DNA of 54,567 bases from positions 1-54,567 of IMG/VR virus record IMGVR_UViG_3300048762_000248; one strand, written 5' to 3'. The DNA is from a virus. This document shows positions 1-8,972 of this stretch, one piece after another (within the stretch, counting starts at the first letter, position 1; each line of letters starts with the position of its first letter). Position numbers and translations under genes: made by a program. The notes beneath the pieces were generated by a model that was not told where the DNA came from, ran no database searches, and saw only the letters and a program-made list of their open reading frames with translations.

Positions 1-220
1 AATTGTTAACAGAATGGTATAAATTGGAAAATTTGCTGAGACTATTCCTGACCGAGATCGCAGCGGCTACGCCGCTCACTAGACTTGACGAACAAAGCTT
101 GAGTGGTAAAATAAAATGATGATACCTTTAACTCCAGATAACCCGGTAGCTCTTTGGATTGCGATTGTGTGTTTGCTGGTGACGATGTTGAGGACGCAAA
201 AATGAATCGTAGAATGTTTC

Positions 221-505
221 TTGGTGCATTGGCCGGAATACCAATCAGCTAAAGGATGCGGATTAAGCAAAAATATCGAATTCATGCGCTTCACTGAAGG
301 GCGCACAGAGCCGTTGCTATGCTTTATGCGAGCATTGAAAAGAGTATGTATGGATGGACATTTTATAGAGAAGTGCAGTTGTGGTGCGGTAATAAGACAA
401 TGCCGGTGTATGTGTCCCGACAAAAAAGTCATCATTACGCCGAACGGCTGTGATGTGTGCAAGGCAAAGAAAGGTAACGTAGATAACAATGCCGTGGCAA
501 AGTAA
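221..505 (+). CDS. small Cys-rich hypothetical protein
   Basis: 94-aa ORF in a co-directional block of short early-type genes; clustered Cys pairs (CSCG...CRCMC...CDVCK) suggest a zinc ribbon; no family recognised. Confidence 0.35.
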   Translation: MVHWPEYQSAKGCGLSKNIEFMRFTEGRTEPLLCFMRALKRVCMDGHFIEKCSCGAVIRQCRCMCPDKKVIITPNGCDVCKAKKGNVDNNAVAK

Positions 506-737
506 TGAGCCGATTATAAAAGAATATCCAACTGAGTTTCCTTGTGTCATCTGTGAAACAAAATTAACTCGTGTGTTTACAGAATTGTACGAACAAGGTT
601 GGAAACCGGAGCCACGATTTGTTCAAAGTTATAGATGTTCAAACTGCAACCATGTTGAACACAATCCATGCATTTCTAACCGCCCGGACCAAGAGTGGAC
701 ACTAAAATATGACAAACCCAGAGATGAGTCTATCTAA
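489..737 (+). CDS. small zinc-finger-like hypothetical protein
   Basis: 82-aa ORF, CVICETK...CSNCNH Cys/His pairs; tightly packed with neighbours. Confidence 0.35.
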   Translation: MPWQSNEPIIKEYPTEFPCVICETKLTRVFTELYEQGWKPEPRFVQSYRCSNCNHVEHNPCISNRPDQEWTLKYDKPRDESI

Positions 738-939
738 CACCATTGCAGCGCAAGAGAAAGCTCTTCACTATTGGCGGCAGAAAGCGGACCTGGACTATGT
801 TCAGATACAGCGCATGTGCAACGCATTGGAAGCTGCTCGTACATTCATTGTAGTGCATGGCGGTGATGCTGCGATTCTGGATGAAATTGATGATGCTGTG
901 GCGTGTGTAGAATTCATGCCGCCGAAGGTATTTTTATGA
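709..939 (+). CDS. hypothetical protein
   Basis: 76-aa ORF, same-strand block, start overlaps previous stop. Confidence 0.3.
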   Translation: MTNPEMSLSNTIAAQEKALHYWRQKADLDYVQIQRMCNALEAARTFIVVHGGDAAILDEIDDAVACVEFMPPKVFL

Positions 940-1376
940 TAGAACAATGTTGTGAACGTGATAACGACTACGATGGCAACTGTGATATTCATTCAGCAAA
1001 AGGTGTGTTGCGCCTGCCGGTCGAACCCGAATTAAATTTGAAATTCAAACCTAGTGATGTCGATCTATCTAATCACTTATGCAGCACATTTGGTAAATGT
1101 GAAGTTGAGACTGCCGCTGTGCATCTTATCGAATATCTTTGTGATAGCGCCGAGAATGATTGGTCATTCACATTCTCCGGGTTGTGGAGCTATTACTACA
1201 ACCACCAATTGAACAGCGACGAAATGCTTTTTGGATTGTTAGGGCCGTGGTTTGATGACGGGCCGATGTTCATTCAAGAAGACGGGTTTTTAATTGTAAA
1301 TTGGGGCAATGGACTTCAAATTACTGGAGCATTTTTGAAGCGTATAGCAAAGCATGTCAAAAAGGAACCTATCTAG
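903..1376 (+). CDS. hypothetical protein
   Basis: 157-aa ORF with plausible globular composition; no motif recognised. Confidence 0.4.
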   Translation: MCRIHAAEGIFMIEQCCERDNDYDGNCDIHSAKGVLRLPVEPELNLKFKPSDVDLSNHLCSTFGKCEVETAAVHLIEYLCDSAENDWSFTFSGLWSYYYNHQLNSDEMLFGLLGPWFDDGPMFIQEDGFLIVNWGNGLQITGAFLKRIAKHVKKEPI

Positions 1377-1572
1377 GTTTAATACCTCTTTGAGTGAAAT
1401 ACTTTTTGCGTGCTGTGAGGGCAGTTGCCGCAGATTCTTTTTCGCTTGGATTCGTCATACTTCGCATAATGGTTTCAGCTTGGGAAATATGACCGGCTGA
1501 GAGACACACAGAGAATTTGCCCCACAAAGTTGGTTCTGCCGTTTCAACAACAAATTGTGCGAATGTTTTCAT
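1369..1572 (-). CDS. hypothetical small protein
   Basis: minus-strand ORF; ATG (MKTFAQ...) at 1572 chosen over the 1695 upstream extension; TATAAATA-like box on minus strand 1590..1583. Confidence 0.25.
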   Translation of the reverse strand: MKTFAQFVVETAEPTLWGKFSVCLSAGHISQAETIMRSMTNPSEKESAATALTARKKYFTQRGIKPR

Positions 1573-1636
1573 TACATGGATATTTATATTTACACATACG
1601 AAGTTGACAGAACAAAGAACCGTGGGATACTGAATT

Positions 1637-1834
1637 ATGGCACATCGAGTTGTTATTTTGGAGCAAACTCCAACCAAAGAAGTTCGACTTATCAACCATA
1701 TTGAAGAAGATTGGCCGGTTGCACGTGATTTTCACGACGCTATGTGTAAAGAAATTTGTAAAAGAGGCGGAACAATTCTGTACAGCGCCACTTTCGAGTA
1801 TGTTCCAGAAATGTTAGCTTCTGAAGAATGGTAG
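1637..1834 (+). CDS. hypothetical protein
   Basis: 65-aa ORF; TTGACA-16-GATACT promoter-like sequence 1604..1632 upstream. Confidence 0.35.
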   Translation: MAHRVVILEQTPTKEVRLINHIEEDWPVARDFHDAMCKEICKRGGTILYSATFEYVPEMLASEEW

Positions 1835-1835
1835 A

Positions 1836-2021
1836 ATGAGAAAAACAGAAAAAAACAGGACATACAAGCAACGAAAAGTTGAGAAAACGGCGAAGAAACT
1901 TGAAAAGCGGGTCGCCGGATGCAATTGTTACCTGCGTGAGCACGGCGATGAAGCACTTGAGAAGCAATATCACGATCCATTTTGTGGAGTGTGGCTCATC
2001 GGAGCAATGAAAGGTAGATGA
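1836..2021 (+). CDS. hypothetical basic protein
   Basis: 61-aa Lys/Arg-rich ORF immediately after previous stop. Confidence 0.3.
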   Translation: MRKTEKNRTYKQRKVEKTAKKLEKRVAGCNCYLREHGDEALEKQYHDPFCGVWLIGAMKGR

Positions 2022-2257
2022 AAAAGAAATTGAAGGATTTACCGGAATGGACAAGCCTGAAATCCGGGGCGATGCGACATCGTGACGGCAAATGGTATGC
2101 TAGTCTGTATGCAGACGGTTGGTTTTTCTACCATTTTATTATGATAAAAGAAGGCGTTAGTAAAGATTCGTATTCTAAAACATGTAGTGCGCCGGATGGA
2201 CATATTGGTCCGTTCAAATCGTTTGAAGATGGGTTAAAGACATGGAAAAATACATGA
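2018..2257 (+). CDS. hypothetical protein
   Basis: 79-aa ORF, 4-nt overlap with upstream gene (coupled). Confidence 0.35.
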   Translation: MKKKLKDLPEWTSLKSGAMRHRDGKWYASLYADGWFFYHFIMIKEGVSKDSYSKTCSAPDGHIGPFKSFEDGLKTWKNT

Positions 2258-2521
2258 ATTACAGCATTCGAATTACCGGAACCCACCGGAAGCCAACCCC
2301 AGAGATTTGCTTTTCTGCACAGAAAAAGAAGCGAAAGACCTTGGATGGAGCATTGTAAGTCAGGAAGAGTCACCAAACATAATCATTTGGAACGTGCGGT
2401 ATGTAGGAAAAGAGCAAGTAATAGAAGTATCTGAAGAAATAGTGAGGCAAATCAATGAATACCGAAGAACTTAAGAAAGACTTACAAGCTTTGTGTGCCT
2501 CTCAAAAACTTGGGGATTTCC

Positions 2522-2900
2522 GATGATAACACGTGAACAATTGCTTGAAGAATGCGAGAAAGATGCTGCACCAAAAAATAGGTGTTCACGTTGTGGCGGC
2601 ACCGGAATGATTTCTATTGGCGGTGGCTGCATGGGATATGATGATGAAGTCTGTCCAAAATGTCATGGCGATCCGAATTGTCTTTCCCTAAAAGAAGTAT
2701 TGGAAGGCGCACGCAACGATGTCCATAAGTTTAATTCCACCGTCATGCGAAAAGAATACTTTGAAGACGATGGTCACGGTGAATCTGGTTGTCATGGAAT
2801 TTCGCCGCCATTGATGTGTAATCGATGCGGTGCATCTTTGTGTACTGAAGAATGGCATGATTGTGATCGAGAATATGAATGGCAGCGGGCACACGGATAG
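2522..2900 (+). CDS. Cys-rich protein with DnaJ-type CxxCxGxG zinc-finger motif
   Basis: CSRCGGTG and CPKCHGD motifs; N-terminus (ITREQLLEE) paralogous to ORF 4188..4460; start moved to ATG at 2522 by analogy with paralog. Confidence 0.45.
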
Positions 2901-2944
2901 ATACGAAAGAGTAAGATTAAAGTGTAAGCAACGAAACATTCCAC

Positions 2945-3355
2945 TTGTTAGAATCCACTATAAAGATTATGCCACTTGCACCATTGATAGATTGCTCAGT
3001 TAAGCAAGTCCTGATTTGGCGACAAGATTTGTCATGCCGAAAAGGGAAGCAAAATGCACAGATGTGCCACGCATCAATTATGTTTTTAGTACAAAATGCG
3101 TTGGATGGCAATTCTATTTCTTCACTTGAAAGAAAGTGGATTGTTGGTGGGATGACTAAAATCTGTGTGCGAGTGGATTCAGAACAAGAATTGCTTGATG
3201 TTTATCAGAAAGCTCTTGATGCTAATTTGGAAGTGCATCTTATTACCGATGCCGGTCTCACTGAGTTCAAGGAACCTACACGTACCTGTATAGCAATTGG
3301 TCCAGATCGAGTCGAAAAAATCGATAAGATTACGGGAGAGTTAAAACTACTATGA
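2945..3355 (+). CDS. peptidyl-tRNA hydrolase, PTH2 family
   Basis: KQVLIWRQDLSCRKGKQNAQMCHAS matches the PTH2 signature (K.VLVVR.DL.MGKGK.AAQC.HA); ends ...LITDAGLTEF...IAIGP like PTH2 C-terminus. Confidence 0.55.
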   Translation: MLESTIKIMPLAPLIDCSVKQVLIWRQDLSCRKGKQNAQMCHASIMFLVQNALDGNSISSLERKWIVGGMTKICVRVDSEQELLDVYQKALDANLEVHLITDAGLTEFKEPTRTCIAIGPDRVEKIDKITGELKLL

Positions 3356-3705
3356 CGAAGAACCCAATTAAACCAAAGAAACCAAAAAAACCGACTAAGC
3401 CAACCAAACCAATGAAAGCTTCGCTGGCAACGTCGCCCGAAGAAGATAATTCAATCAAGTTAGATCGCACCGGCATGAAGATTGCCGAAGTGATGAATTG
3501 CGTCGAGAACGAAATTCGCAGAGCCGTATCACTGCATGGTCCGATGAAGTCCCTTCATGAAGGATATGCTGTTATACTAGAAGAAATGGATGAATTGTGG
3601 GATGAAGTGAAGTTGAAGGCAAAGTTACGAGATCCAGAAAACATCAGGGAAGAAGCAATTCAGATTGCAGCGATGGCGGCACGACTGGTCGTGGACCTTT
3701 TATGA
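3352..3705 (+). CDS. MazG-like nucleotide pyrophosphohydrolase domain protein (tentative)
   Basis: all-alpha composition with HEGYAVILEEMDELWDEVK resembling the EExxE/D metal-binding helix of MazG/HisE-type NTP-PPases; Pro/Lys-rich N-terminus. Confidence 0.35.
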   Translation: MTKNPIKPKKPKKPTKPTKPMKASLATSPEEDNSIKLDRTGMKIAEVMNCVENEIRRAVSLHGPMKSLHEGYAVILEEMDELWDEVKLKAKLRDPENIREEAIQIAAMAARLVVDLL

Positions 3706-4177
3706 AATTCGACATCGAAATCAATGCCATGAAGGTGCGCTCCAAGGCTTCGTCATATGTTCCAGCATCGACAATATCCGGCGTCATGGAATCGGTGTCC
3801 GCACTACCCTGCTTTTGCGCCGGGGTGAGGTTGACGGCTGGCGCTCGTATAAAGCCTCTGTAGACGCTTTGGTAGCGATGGGGTCCGACAACATCACTTC
3901 CTGGCCTGTAGGCGCTCCTGACGGCTCTAGGACGCAATACACGCCATCTAGGATCGGTCTGGCGTCCATCCGATTGGGTTTGAAGTGGAATGCGAAGCTC
4001 TGCCACGGTCATGCTTGGTCGGGTGGAGTATACGATTATCATGGAAATATTCTTCGCATAACCGATTATGTCACAAAGCATGATCCAAATCTTGATTATG
4101 TTCGTCAACTTGTGGTTTTTCAGGATGGAACGGTTGCATATAGTTGGATTAGACCTGGGGCGTTATGCATGAAATAG
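3665..4177 (+). CDS. hypothetical protein (frame uncertain)
   Basis: 170-aa ORF crossing a local GC-rich patch (about 3780..3990) where a 154-aa ORF on the opposite strand is equally open; cannot decide strand from sequence alone. Confidence 0.2.
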   Translation: MQRWRHDWSWTFYEIRHRNQCHEGALQGFVICSSIDNIRRHGIGVRTTLLLRRGEVDGWRSYKASVDALVAMGSDNITSWPVGAPDGSRTQYTPSRIGLASIRLGLKWNAKLCHGHAWSGGVYDYHGNILRITDYVTKHDPNLDYVRQLVVFQDGTVAYSWIRPGALCMK

Positions 4178-4187
4178 AAAGGGAAAT

Positions 4188-4460
4188 ATGGCTGTAACAC
4201 GTGAACAATTATTGGAAGAATCTCTAAAAGATGGGTCATCTATGGTGGATTCTGGAAGCGGCCCCAAGGTAAGTATGTACTCTTTGCAAGATGGTCAGAG
4301 AGTTCGTAATGTCAGAACTGGAAAAGAAGGTACGGTTGGACCGCAAAGCCAATTTTTTCATGAAGACGGGCCGGTGCGAGTTGCATATGATGGGTATGAT
4401 TTATCGCGGTCGAGGAGAAAAAGCATGTATCTTCGCTGGTGTTGGACCGAATGGACTTGA
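4188..4460 (+). CDS. hypothetical protein, paralog of 2522..2900 N-terminus
   Basis: MAVTREQLLEE... N-terminus nearly identical to MITREQLLEE of upstream gene. Confidence 0.4.
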   Translation: MAVTREQLLEESLKDGSSMVDSGSGPKVSMYSLQDGQRVRNVRTGKEGTVGPQSQFFHEDGPVRVAYDGYDLSRSRRKSMYLRWCWTEWT

Positions 4461-4746
4461 ATGTCTACGTTTCGGTTCGATGCACGAATCAATTCAATGG
4501 GGTAAACATAAGATGAGATCCAAGAGAGAGCCATTCGAACCTTGGGCAGTGTTGGACCACGATACGGTCATCAAAATGAAACACGAATACGAAATCCAAT
4601 CCAACGCTGCTGGTTATCAATGGCAATGTACGAAGTGCAGCAAAGTGTATCCGTATCCCGATGAAATTGACATCAGCGAATGCCCTGGCGCTCCATGTCT
4701 GTGTGCTTACAATCAAGTGCCTAATGTCTGTCCGTTGCATTCATAA
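4291..4746 (+). CDS. Cys-rich hypothetical protein (start uncertain)
   Basis: 151-aa ORF overlapping previous gene in another frame; in-frame ATGs at 4480 and 4513 would remove the overlap; C-terminal CTKCSK...CPGAPCLC Cys cluster. Confidence 0.3.
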   Translation: MVREFVMSELEKKVRLDRKANFFMKTGRCELHMMGMIYRGRGEKACIFAGVGPNGLECLRFGSMHESIQWGKHKMRSKREPFEPWAVLDHDTVIKMKHEYEIQSNAAGYQWQCTKCSKVYPYPDEIDISECPGAPCLCAYNQVPNVCPLHS

Positions 4747-4751
4747 ATATT

Positions 4752-4964
4752 GTGGCGATGAAACAAGCTCGTCTTAAATGTGGTCTGACGGTGGCTGGAA
4801 AATTTGTTCCGAAGGGAACAATTCTAGAAGTATTAGATTTGGCCGACGAAAGAGTACAAGAAACTTGGCCAGTTATTAGGGAAAAAACTGGATTGATTGC
4901 TGTGCAATTTTCTCATTTGTCATTTCCTACCTTCGTTCATGTCAATGAAATCGAATTTCTTTAA
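4752..4964 (+). CDS. hypothetical protein
   Basis: 70-aa ORF directly after previous stop. Confidence 0.35.
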   Translation: MAMKQARLKCGLTVAGKFVPKGTILEVLDLADERVQETWPVIREKTGLIAVQFSHLSFPTFVHVNEIEFL

Positions 4965-5109
4965 AAATTTAACTTCCTTATTTTGCTCGGGTGGTCTAAC
5001 CTAACATCCTGCTTTGTGTTTGCGATGTAATATCAAAAATTGGCACCATTATTTAAAGTATGGGTATCAAATAGATTTTCGGTGTATAGATAAGTAAGAT
5101 GAGGCTCTA

Positions 5110-5298
5110 GTGTTTCTACAATTCTTGATAAATTTTATTATCGTGTCTGTAATTTGGTTCGTTTGGTACAAAAAGCGAACATTCCTCCAGCAAAAGAAAA
5201 TTGACGACATGGCGAAACAAATTACCAAACTAACCGCACAGTTACAAGCATCTGGCGTAGCACTAGATAAATCAGAACAAAAAACAACAGGAGAATAA
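5110..5298 (+). CDS. small membrane protein with N-terminal TM helix and coiled-coil tail
   Basis: FLQFLINFIIVSVIWFVWY hydrophobic segment then charged helical region; GGAG RBS for next gene at its end. Confidence 0.4.
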   Translation: MFLQFLINFIIVSVIWFVWYKKRTFLQQKKIDDMAKQITKLTAQLQASGVALDKSEQKTTGE

Positions 5299-5299
5299 A

Positions 5300-5572
5300 A
5301 TGGCATTAGATTTTACAGTACTTAACGCAACAATCGCAGCACTAACAGCACAGGTAACAGCAACAGTAGGCGTTGAAGACAGTGCATCTGTTCTTATCGG
5401 CGGATTCTCTGCCGCAGTCGCAAAAGCCGTCGCCGATGCTCTTGCAGCAAACGAAGTAACCAATCAAGCAACCCTTCAGGCTGTCAACGATGCAATCGCT
5501 GGCGTAACAACTCAGTTCACAGACTCAGCAGCAAAGTTGGGCACAGCAGTAGCCGCAAACCCAGTTCAGTAG
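5300..5572 (+). CDS. Ala/Thr-rich small protein
   Basis: 90-aa ORF, GGAG RBS 8 nt upstream, strongly biased A/T/V composition. Confidence 0.45.
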   Translation: MALDFTVLNATIAALTAQVTATVGVEDSASVLIGGFSAAVAKAVADALAANEVTNQATLQAVNDAIAGVTTQFTDSAAKLGTAVAANPVQ

Positions 5573-5595
5573 TTCCCAAAAATGCAAAATGTGCG

Positions 5596-5622
5596 TGTTC
5601 TTTTTACGGACACGCACACCGG
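5596..5622. terminator. hairpin GTGCGTGT-N11-ACACGCAC between convergent genes
   Basis: perfect 8-bp stem; T-run follows on the minus strand (ATTTTGCATTTTT), located between + gene ending 5572 and - gene ending 5657. Confidence 0.4.
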
Positions 5623-5656
5623 CGAGGTTTATCGAAGTCTTCAAGCACCAATTGGA

Positions 5657-5872
5657 TCATTTCATGAAGTGCTTCCCAAGCTTCATACTCTGTTTTGCCA
5701 TGAGCACAAATATGCGTACCGGTGACACGCAAAACAATGTCACCATCTTCATCCCGTAAATCTTCAATATTAGGCATTGTCGATGGGCCAGCGTAACTCC
5801 GTATACTGGATTCGTTCTCGTGTTTAGAGGACTTGTGCGGCGCTGTTGAGAAGAGAACGAATTCCCATCCAT
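5657..5872 (-). CDS. hypothetical protein
   Basis: 71-aa ORF; weak. Confidence 0.25.
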   Translation of the reverse strand: MDGNSFSSQQRRTSPLNTRTNPVYGVTLAHRQCLILKIYGMKMVTLFCVSPVRIFVLMAKQSMKLGKHFMK

Positions 5873-6128
5873 CTTGGACCGGCGATGTAAGAGCGTAAAA
5901 TCATACTGGCGGAAAATCCCTTTCGTACCAGGGTTTGAAAATCTGCTCTGTTTTTTTGCAATGAGATTTCATCCCGGCTGGCGGTCTTTGTGAATTGAAT
6001 CCGATGCCGCCGTTTGTACCATCATCAAATGTGGTGTGTTCGCAATCGTCACACAGCGGTGATCCACGTGTCAATCACAGTCCACATGATAATGTTGAGT
6101 GTATTCATTTCAAATCAAATCTTCCTGT

Positions 6129-6566
6129 TTATTCACCCATACCATTGTTAAAATCCGGTTCCGGTGTCCCGTCCCAACCTTCGGCATCGGCGTAGCACGA
6201 TTCACATGCAAAGGATTGCTTTTTCTTTTTTGTGGTGACCGGGCAAGTATTGTTGTCGTAGCCTCTATCATCGCCATATTTGCAGCCATGAATTACGCAG
6301 CAGTGCTCTGTGTGAACGTCTTTTTCCGAATCCGGGCCGGGAGTGAACATGCGAACCGGAAGAGCGATACTTTTGATGACTTCCAAATCATGTCGTGAAA
6401 GCGCTAACGATTGAACAGTGCCAAGAGGATTCCTATAAAGGATGGCGCTGCCATCGGGCATCAGGCGCATGACGCTCCATGGACCGATTTCAATAAGCTT
6501 TTCGCCGCCTGAGTTGTGGACCATCGTCTGGCGCATATCAGATAAAACATGTTCCTTGAGTGTCAT
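6129..6566 (-). CDS. Cys-rich hypothetical protein
   Basis: 145-aa ORF with HCCVIHGCKYG and CESCY Cys clusters. Confidence 0.4.
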   Translation of the reverse strand: MTLKEHVLSDMRQTMVHNSGGEKLIEIGPWSVMRLMPDGSAILYRNPLGTVQSLALSRHDLEVIKSIALPVRMFTPGPDSEKDVHTEHCCVIHGCKYGDDRGYDNNTCPVTTKKKKQSFACESCYADAEGWDGTPEPDFNNGMGE

Positions 6567-6772
6567 GCGGGGAATTCCTTTTCGAGTTTAGCGACTCTTT
6601 CGTACACCACAACACGAAAGCAGCAAAGGGCTTGAACTCTGGCGGTTTCGCTGCTCATTCCCAAGTTTATCAACGATGTACAGATGGTATCGACCTCTTC
6701 TTTTTGGGAGTCGGTCATGGTGTAGATCGTCTGCCAAGCGATGTACTCTTCGTGCGTAAGCGTCTTCATCAA
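6563..6772 (-). CDS. hypothetical protein
   Basis: 69-aa ORF whose stop overlaps downstream start (coupled). Confidence 0.35.
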   Translation of the reverse strand: MMKTLTHEEYIAWQTIYTMTDSQKEEVDTICTSLINLGMSSETARVQALCCFRVVVYERVAKLEKEFPA

Positions 6773-7070
6773 TTTTTAGGATAGCACGGTTGATGTATCA
6801 ATGTCAAGCACTAAATATTTGACGCTTTCATCGATTCATGATAAAAATGAAAGCAGAGTGATGGACTCGTGGTTGGCCGTTTCGTGGTTCATCGCTGTTT
6901 GGATTTTAGAAACGTCCACGCCAGTTCATCGGCTTTTTATGGGTGTTCTAATGTTGCCGGATGAAATGGTGCTTACCAACAGGGAAGATTAGGAGCATAC
7001 CATATATGCTTTGAAAAAGTTTCTCAAATATTTGAGAAAAGTTAAAATTGATGCTTGTTTAAAAATGAAT

Positions 7071-7117
7071 AGAGCCGAAACCTCCTTCGCTACCGGGTTT
7101 CGGCTCTTTGAATTTTG
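7071..7117 (+). terminator. rho-independent terminator
   Basis: AGAGCCGAAACC-loop-GGTTTCGGCTCT followed by TTTGAATTTTG. Confidence 0.55.
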
Positions 7118-7136
7118 TGCCTAAATATTGGTATGA
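7108..7136 (+). promoter_or_regulatory. sigma70-like promoter TTGAAT-18-TATGAT
   Basis: immediately upstream of AAGGAAGGG RBS and ATG 7159. Confidence 0.35.
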
Positions 7137-7158
7137 TCAAGTGTCAAGGAAGGGTATT

Positions 7159-7815
7159 ATGAACATAGATGCAAAGACATATCGACTACCAGATAATAAA
7201 ATTTTTAAAGATACTTATGAGAAAACGCTTATTATTTTACACTTCACTGCTGGATCTACAGTTGAAGGAGCTTTCAACGGTTGGATGCAACAGAGCATTC
7301 AAATCGGCACACCCTATATAATCGATACGGATGGCACAATTTATCAAATATTTGATGATAAATTTTGGGCCTACAACTTGGGCTGCACCGGACCAAAGGC
7401 TCAAAATCACAAACACGATAAGCGCAGTGTAGCAATCGAGACCGTCAACATGGGTCCGTTGAAACTGATAGGTGACATGCTTTGCTCCTGGCCGAACAAC
7501 TACAAGCAAAAATTTTGCATGTTGAGTGAGACGGACAGATATGTCAAAGCAACTTATCGTGGATTTGATTACTTCGCTGCATTCCCGGAGGTTCAGAAAG
7601 TAGCCATTGTTGAATTAGTAAAGAAGATTTCAAATGATTTCAACATTCCAATTGTGTTGCCGCCTGCTGAAAAATTGACTGTGTTCGATATGGATTTCTA
7701 TGATACTTGGAAAGGTGTGGCGTCACATCAAAATATGAGAAGTGATAAAACCGATGCGGGACCTGCATTTCCTTGGGAACTTCTTGAAAATAAAGAAATT
7801 ACAAATATCACCTAA
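7159..7815 (+). CDS. N-acetylmuramoyl-L-alanine amidase (Amidase_2/PGRP, T7-lysozyme-like) candidate endolysin
   Basis: LIILHFTAGS..., VAIETVNMGP and HQNMRSDKTDAGPAFPW resemble the three conserved blocks of Amidase_2; ATG at 7159 preferred over TTG 7108. Confidence 0.55.
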   Translation: MNIDAKTYRLPDNKIFKDTYEKTLIILHFTAGSTVEGAFNGWMQQSIQIGTPYIIDTDGTIYQIFDDKFWAYNLGCTGPKAQNHKHDKRSVAIETVNMGPLKLIGDMLCSWPNNYKQKFCMLSETDRYVKATYRGFDYFAAFPEVQKVAIVELVKKISNDFNIPIVLPPAEKLTVFDMDFYDTWKGVASHQNMRSDKTDAGPAFPWELLENKEITNIT

Positions 7816-7831
7816 ACAAAACCGACGCCTT

Positions 7832-7839
7832 GTATAAAT
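7832..7839 (+). promoter_or_regulatory. TATAAATA (T4 late-promoter-like box)
   Basis: exact TATAAATA 6 nt before ATG 7846. Confidence 0.3.
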
Positions 7840-7845
7840 ACTTGC

Positions 7846-8586
7846 ATGAAAGAAACAAGCAAAATTTATTATTGTTACAAGGCGACGAATAAACACAATG
7901 GGAAAGTTTACATTGGGTTTGCCGCCGATCCACATACAAGATGGCGTGATCACAAATATATTGCTGAAAAAGGCAAGGGTTATATTTTTCATGCTGCCAT
8001 TCGAAAGCATGGTTGGGATGCTTTTGAATTTGAAGTGATATGTGGTGGTAAAGATAAACGAATAATGTTGGAGCATGTTGAACCGGCTCTTATTGATCAA
8101 TATCAAAGTCTGGTATCTCAAAATGGGTATAACATATCTCGTGGCGGCGAACGAATGCATTTTGTAAAGGGTGATGAAAAAGCCCGAGGGTTGGCTATTT
8201 CACGAGCAAAGAAAGGCCGACCAAATGGACTAAAAGGGAAACAGTTTACAGAAGAACATCGACGCCATATGTCTGAAGGTAAAAAAGGTATTGTGTTTTC
8301 AGATACACATATACAAAATCTTTCGTTGTCGCATAAAGGACAAGTACCTTGGTGTAAAGGAAAACATCTTTCGGAAGAAACAAGAAAAAAGATTGGGCAA
8401 AGCTCGATTGGTGTACCAAGAGCGGCACAACGATGGATGGTTACTTATCCAGACGGACATATTGAAGAAATATTTAACATGGCTGTATTTTGTAGACAAC
8501 ATGGATTGAATAGAGGAAATATGTCAACTGTTGCCAAAGGCAAAGTGCCGCACCACAAAGGTTATACATGCCAAAAGGTTCTTTAA
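7846..8586 (+). CDS. GIY-YIG homing endonuclease with NUMOD3-like repeats
   Basis: IYYCYKATNKHNGKVYIGFAADPHTRWRDH GIY-YIG core, R/E catalytic region, then repeated S.E.R.K.S...KG DNA-binding motifs. Confidence 0.8.
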   Translation: MKETSKIYYCYKATNKHNGKVYIGFAADPHTRWRDHKYIAEKGKGYIFHAAIRKHGWDAFEFEVICGGKDKRIMLEHVEPALIDQYQSLVSQNGYNISRGGERMHFVKGDEKARGLAISRAKKGRPNGLKGKQFTEEHRRHMSEGKKGIVFSDTHIQNLSLSHKGQVPWCKGKHLSEETRKKIGQSSIGVPRAAQRWMVTYPDGHIEEIFNMAVFCRQHGLNRGNMSTVAKGKVPHHKGYTCQKVL

Positions 8587-8735
8587 TCTTTATGGTCTCG
8601 CCAACGAGGAAGGCGGCAAAGACCGCAACAATATTTTTTCGGCTGGAATTTGCCATCTTTTCTTTTTTTCAATCCATCCCAGGCAACGGATTTCGATCCA
8701 CATCTTGAACAGGGTTTTTAAACATTATTTCTCCT

Positions 8736-8972
8736 CTAAAGCGTCACGCAGCCAGCGTTCGGCGTCAAGTTCATCCGATTGTTGTTTTGATAATCCGGTG
8801 TGACCATTTCGATGTTGCCAATGCGCTCTGTAGCGCCTGAATCTCGATACATTGCACACCGTCGCCATTTCTCATCACAGCCTTTCATGACGGAAAAAAG
8901 ATACTCTCCATCGTCAGTGTAAAGGTCAACACGGTCTTTGATTGTGAGTTTCATAGTTCGTCTGCTTTCCAA
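8736..8972 (-). CDS. hypothetical protein
   Basis: 78-aa ORF. Confidence 0.3.
   Translation of the reverse strand: MESRRTMKLTIKDRVDLYTDDGEYLFSVMKGCDEKWRRCAMYRDSGATERIGNIEMVTPDYQNNNRMNLTPNAGCVTL

Noticed and set aside
79-489. 136-aa minus-strand ORF at the window start
   Set aside because: It is antisense to the first plus-strand gene block, with Phe/Leu-rich composition and no motif.
8640-8740. tRNA suggested by GGATTTCGATCC T-loop-like palindrome
   Set aside because: No acceptor or anticodon arms could be built around it. It is more likely a simple palindrome in an intergenic region.
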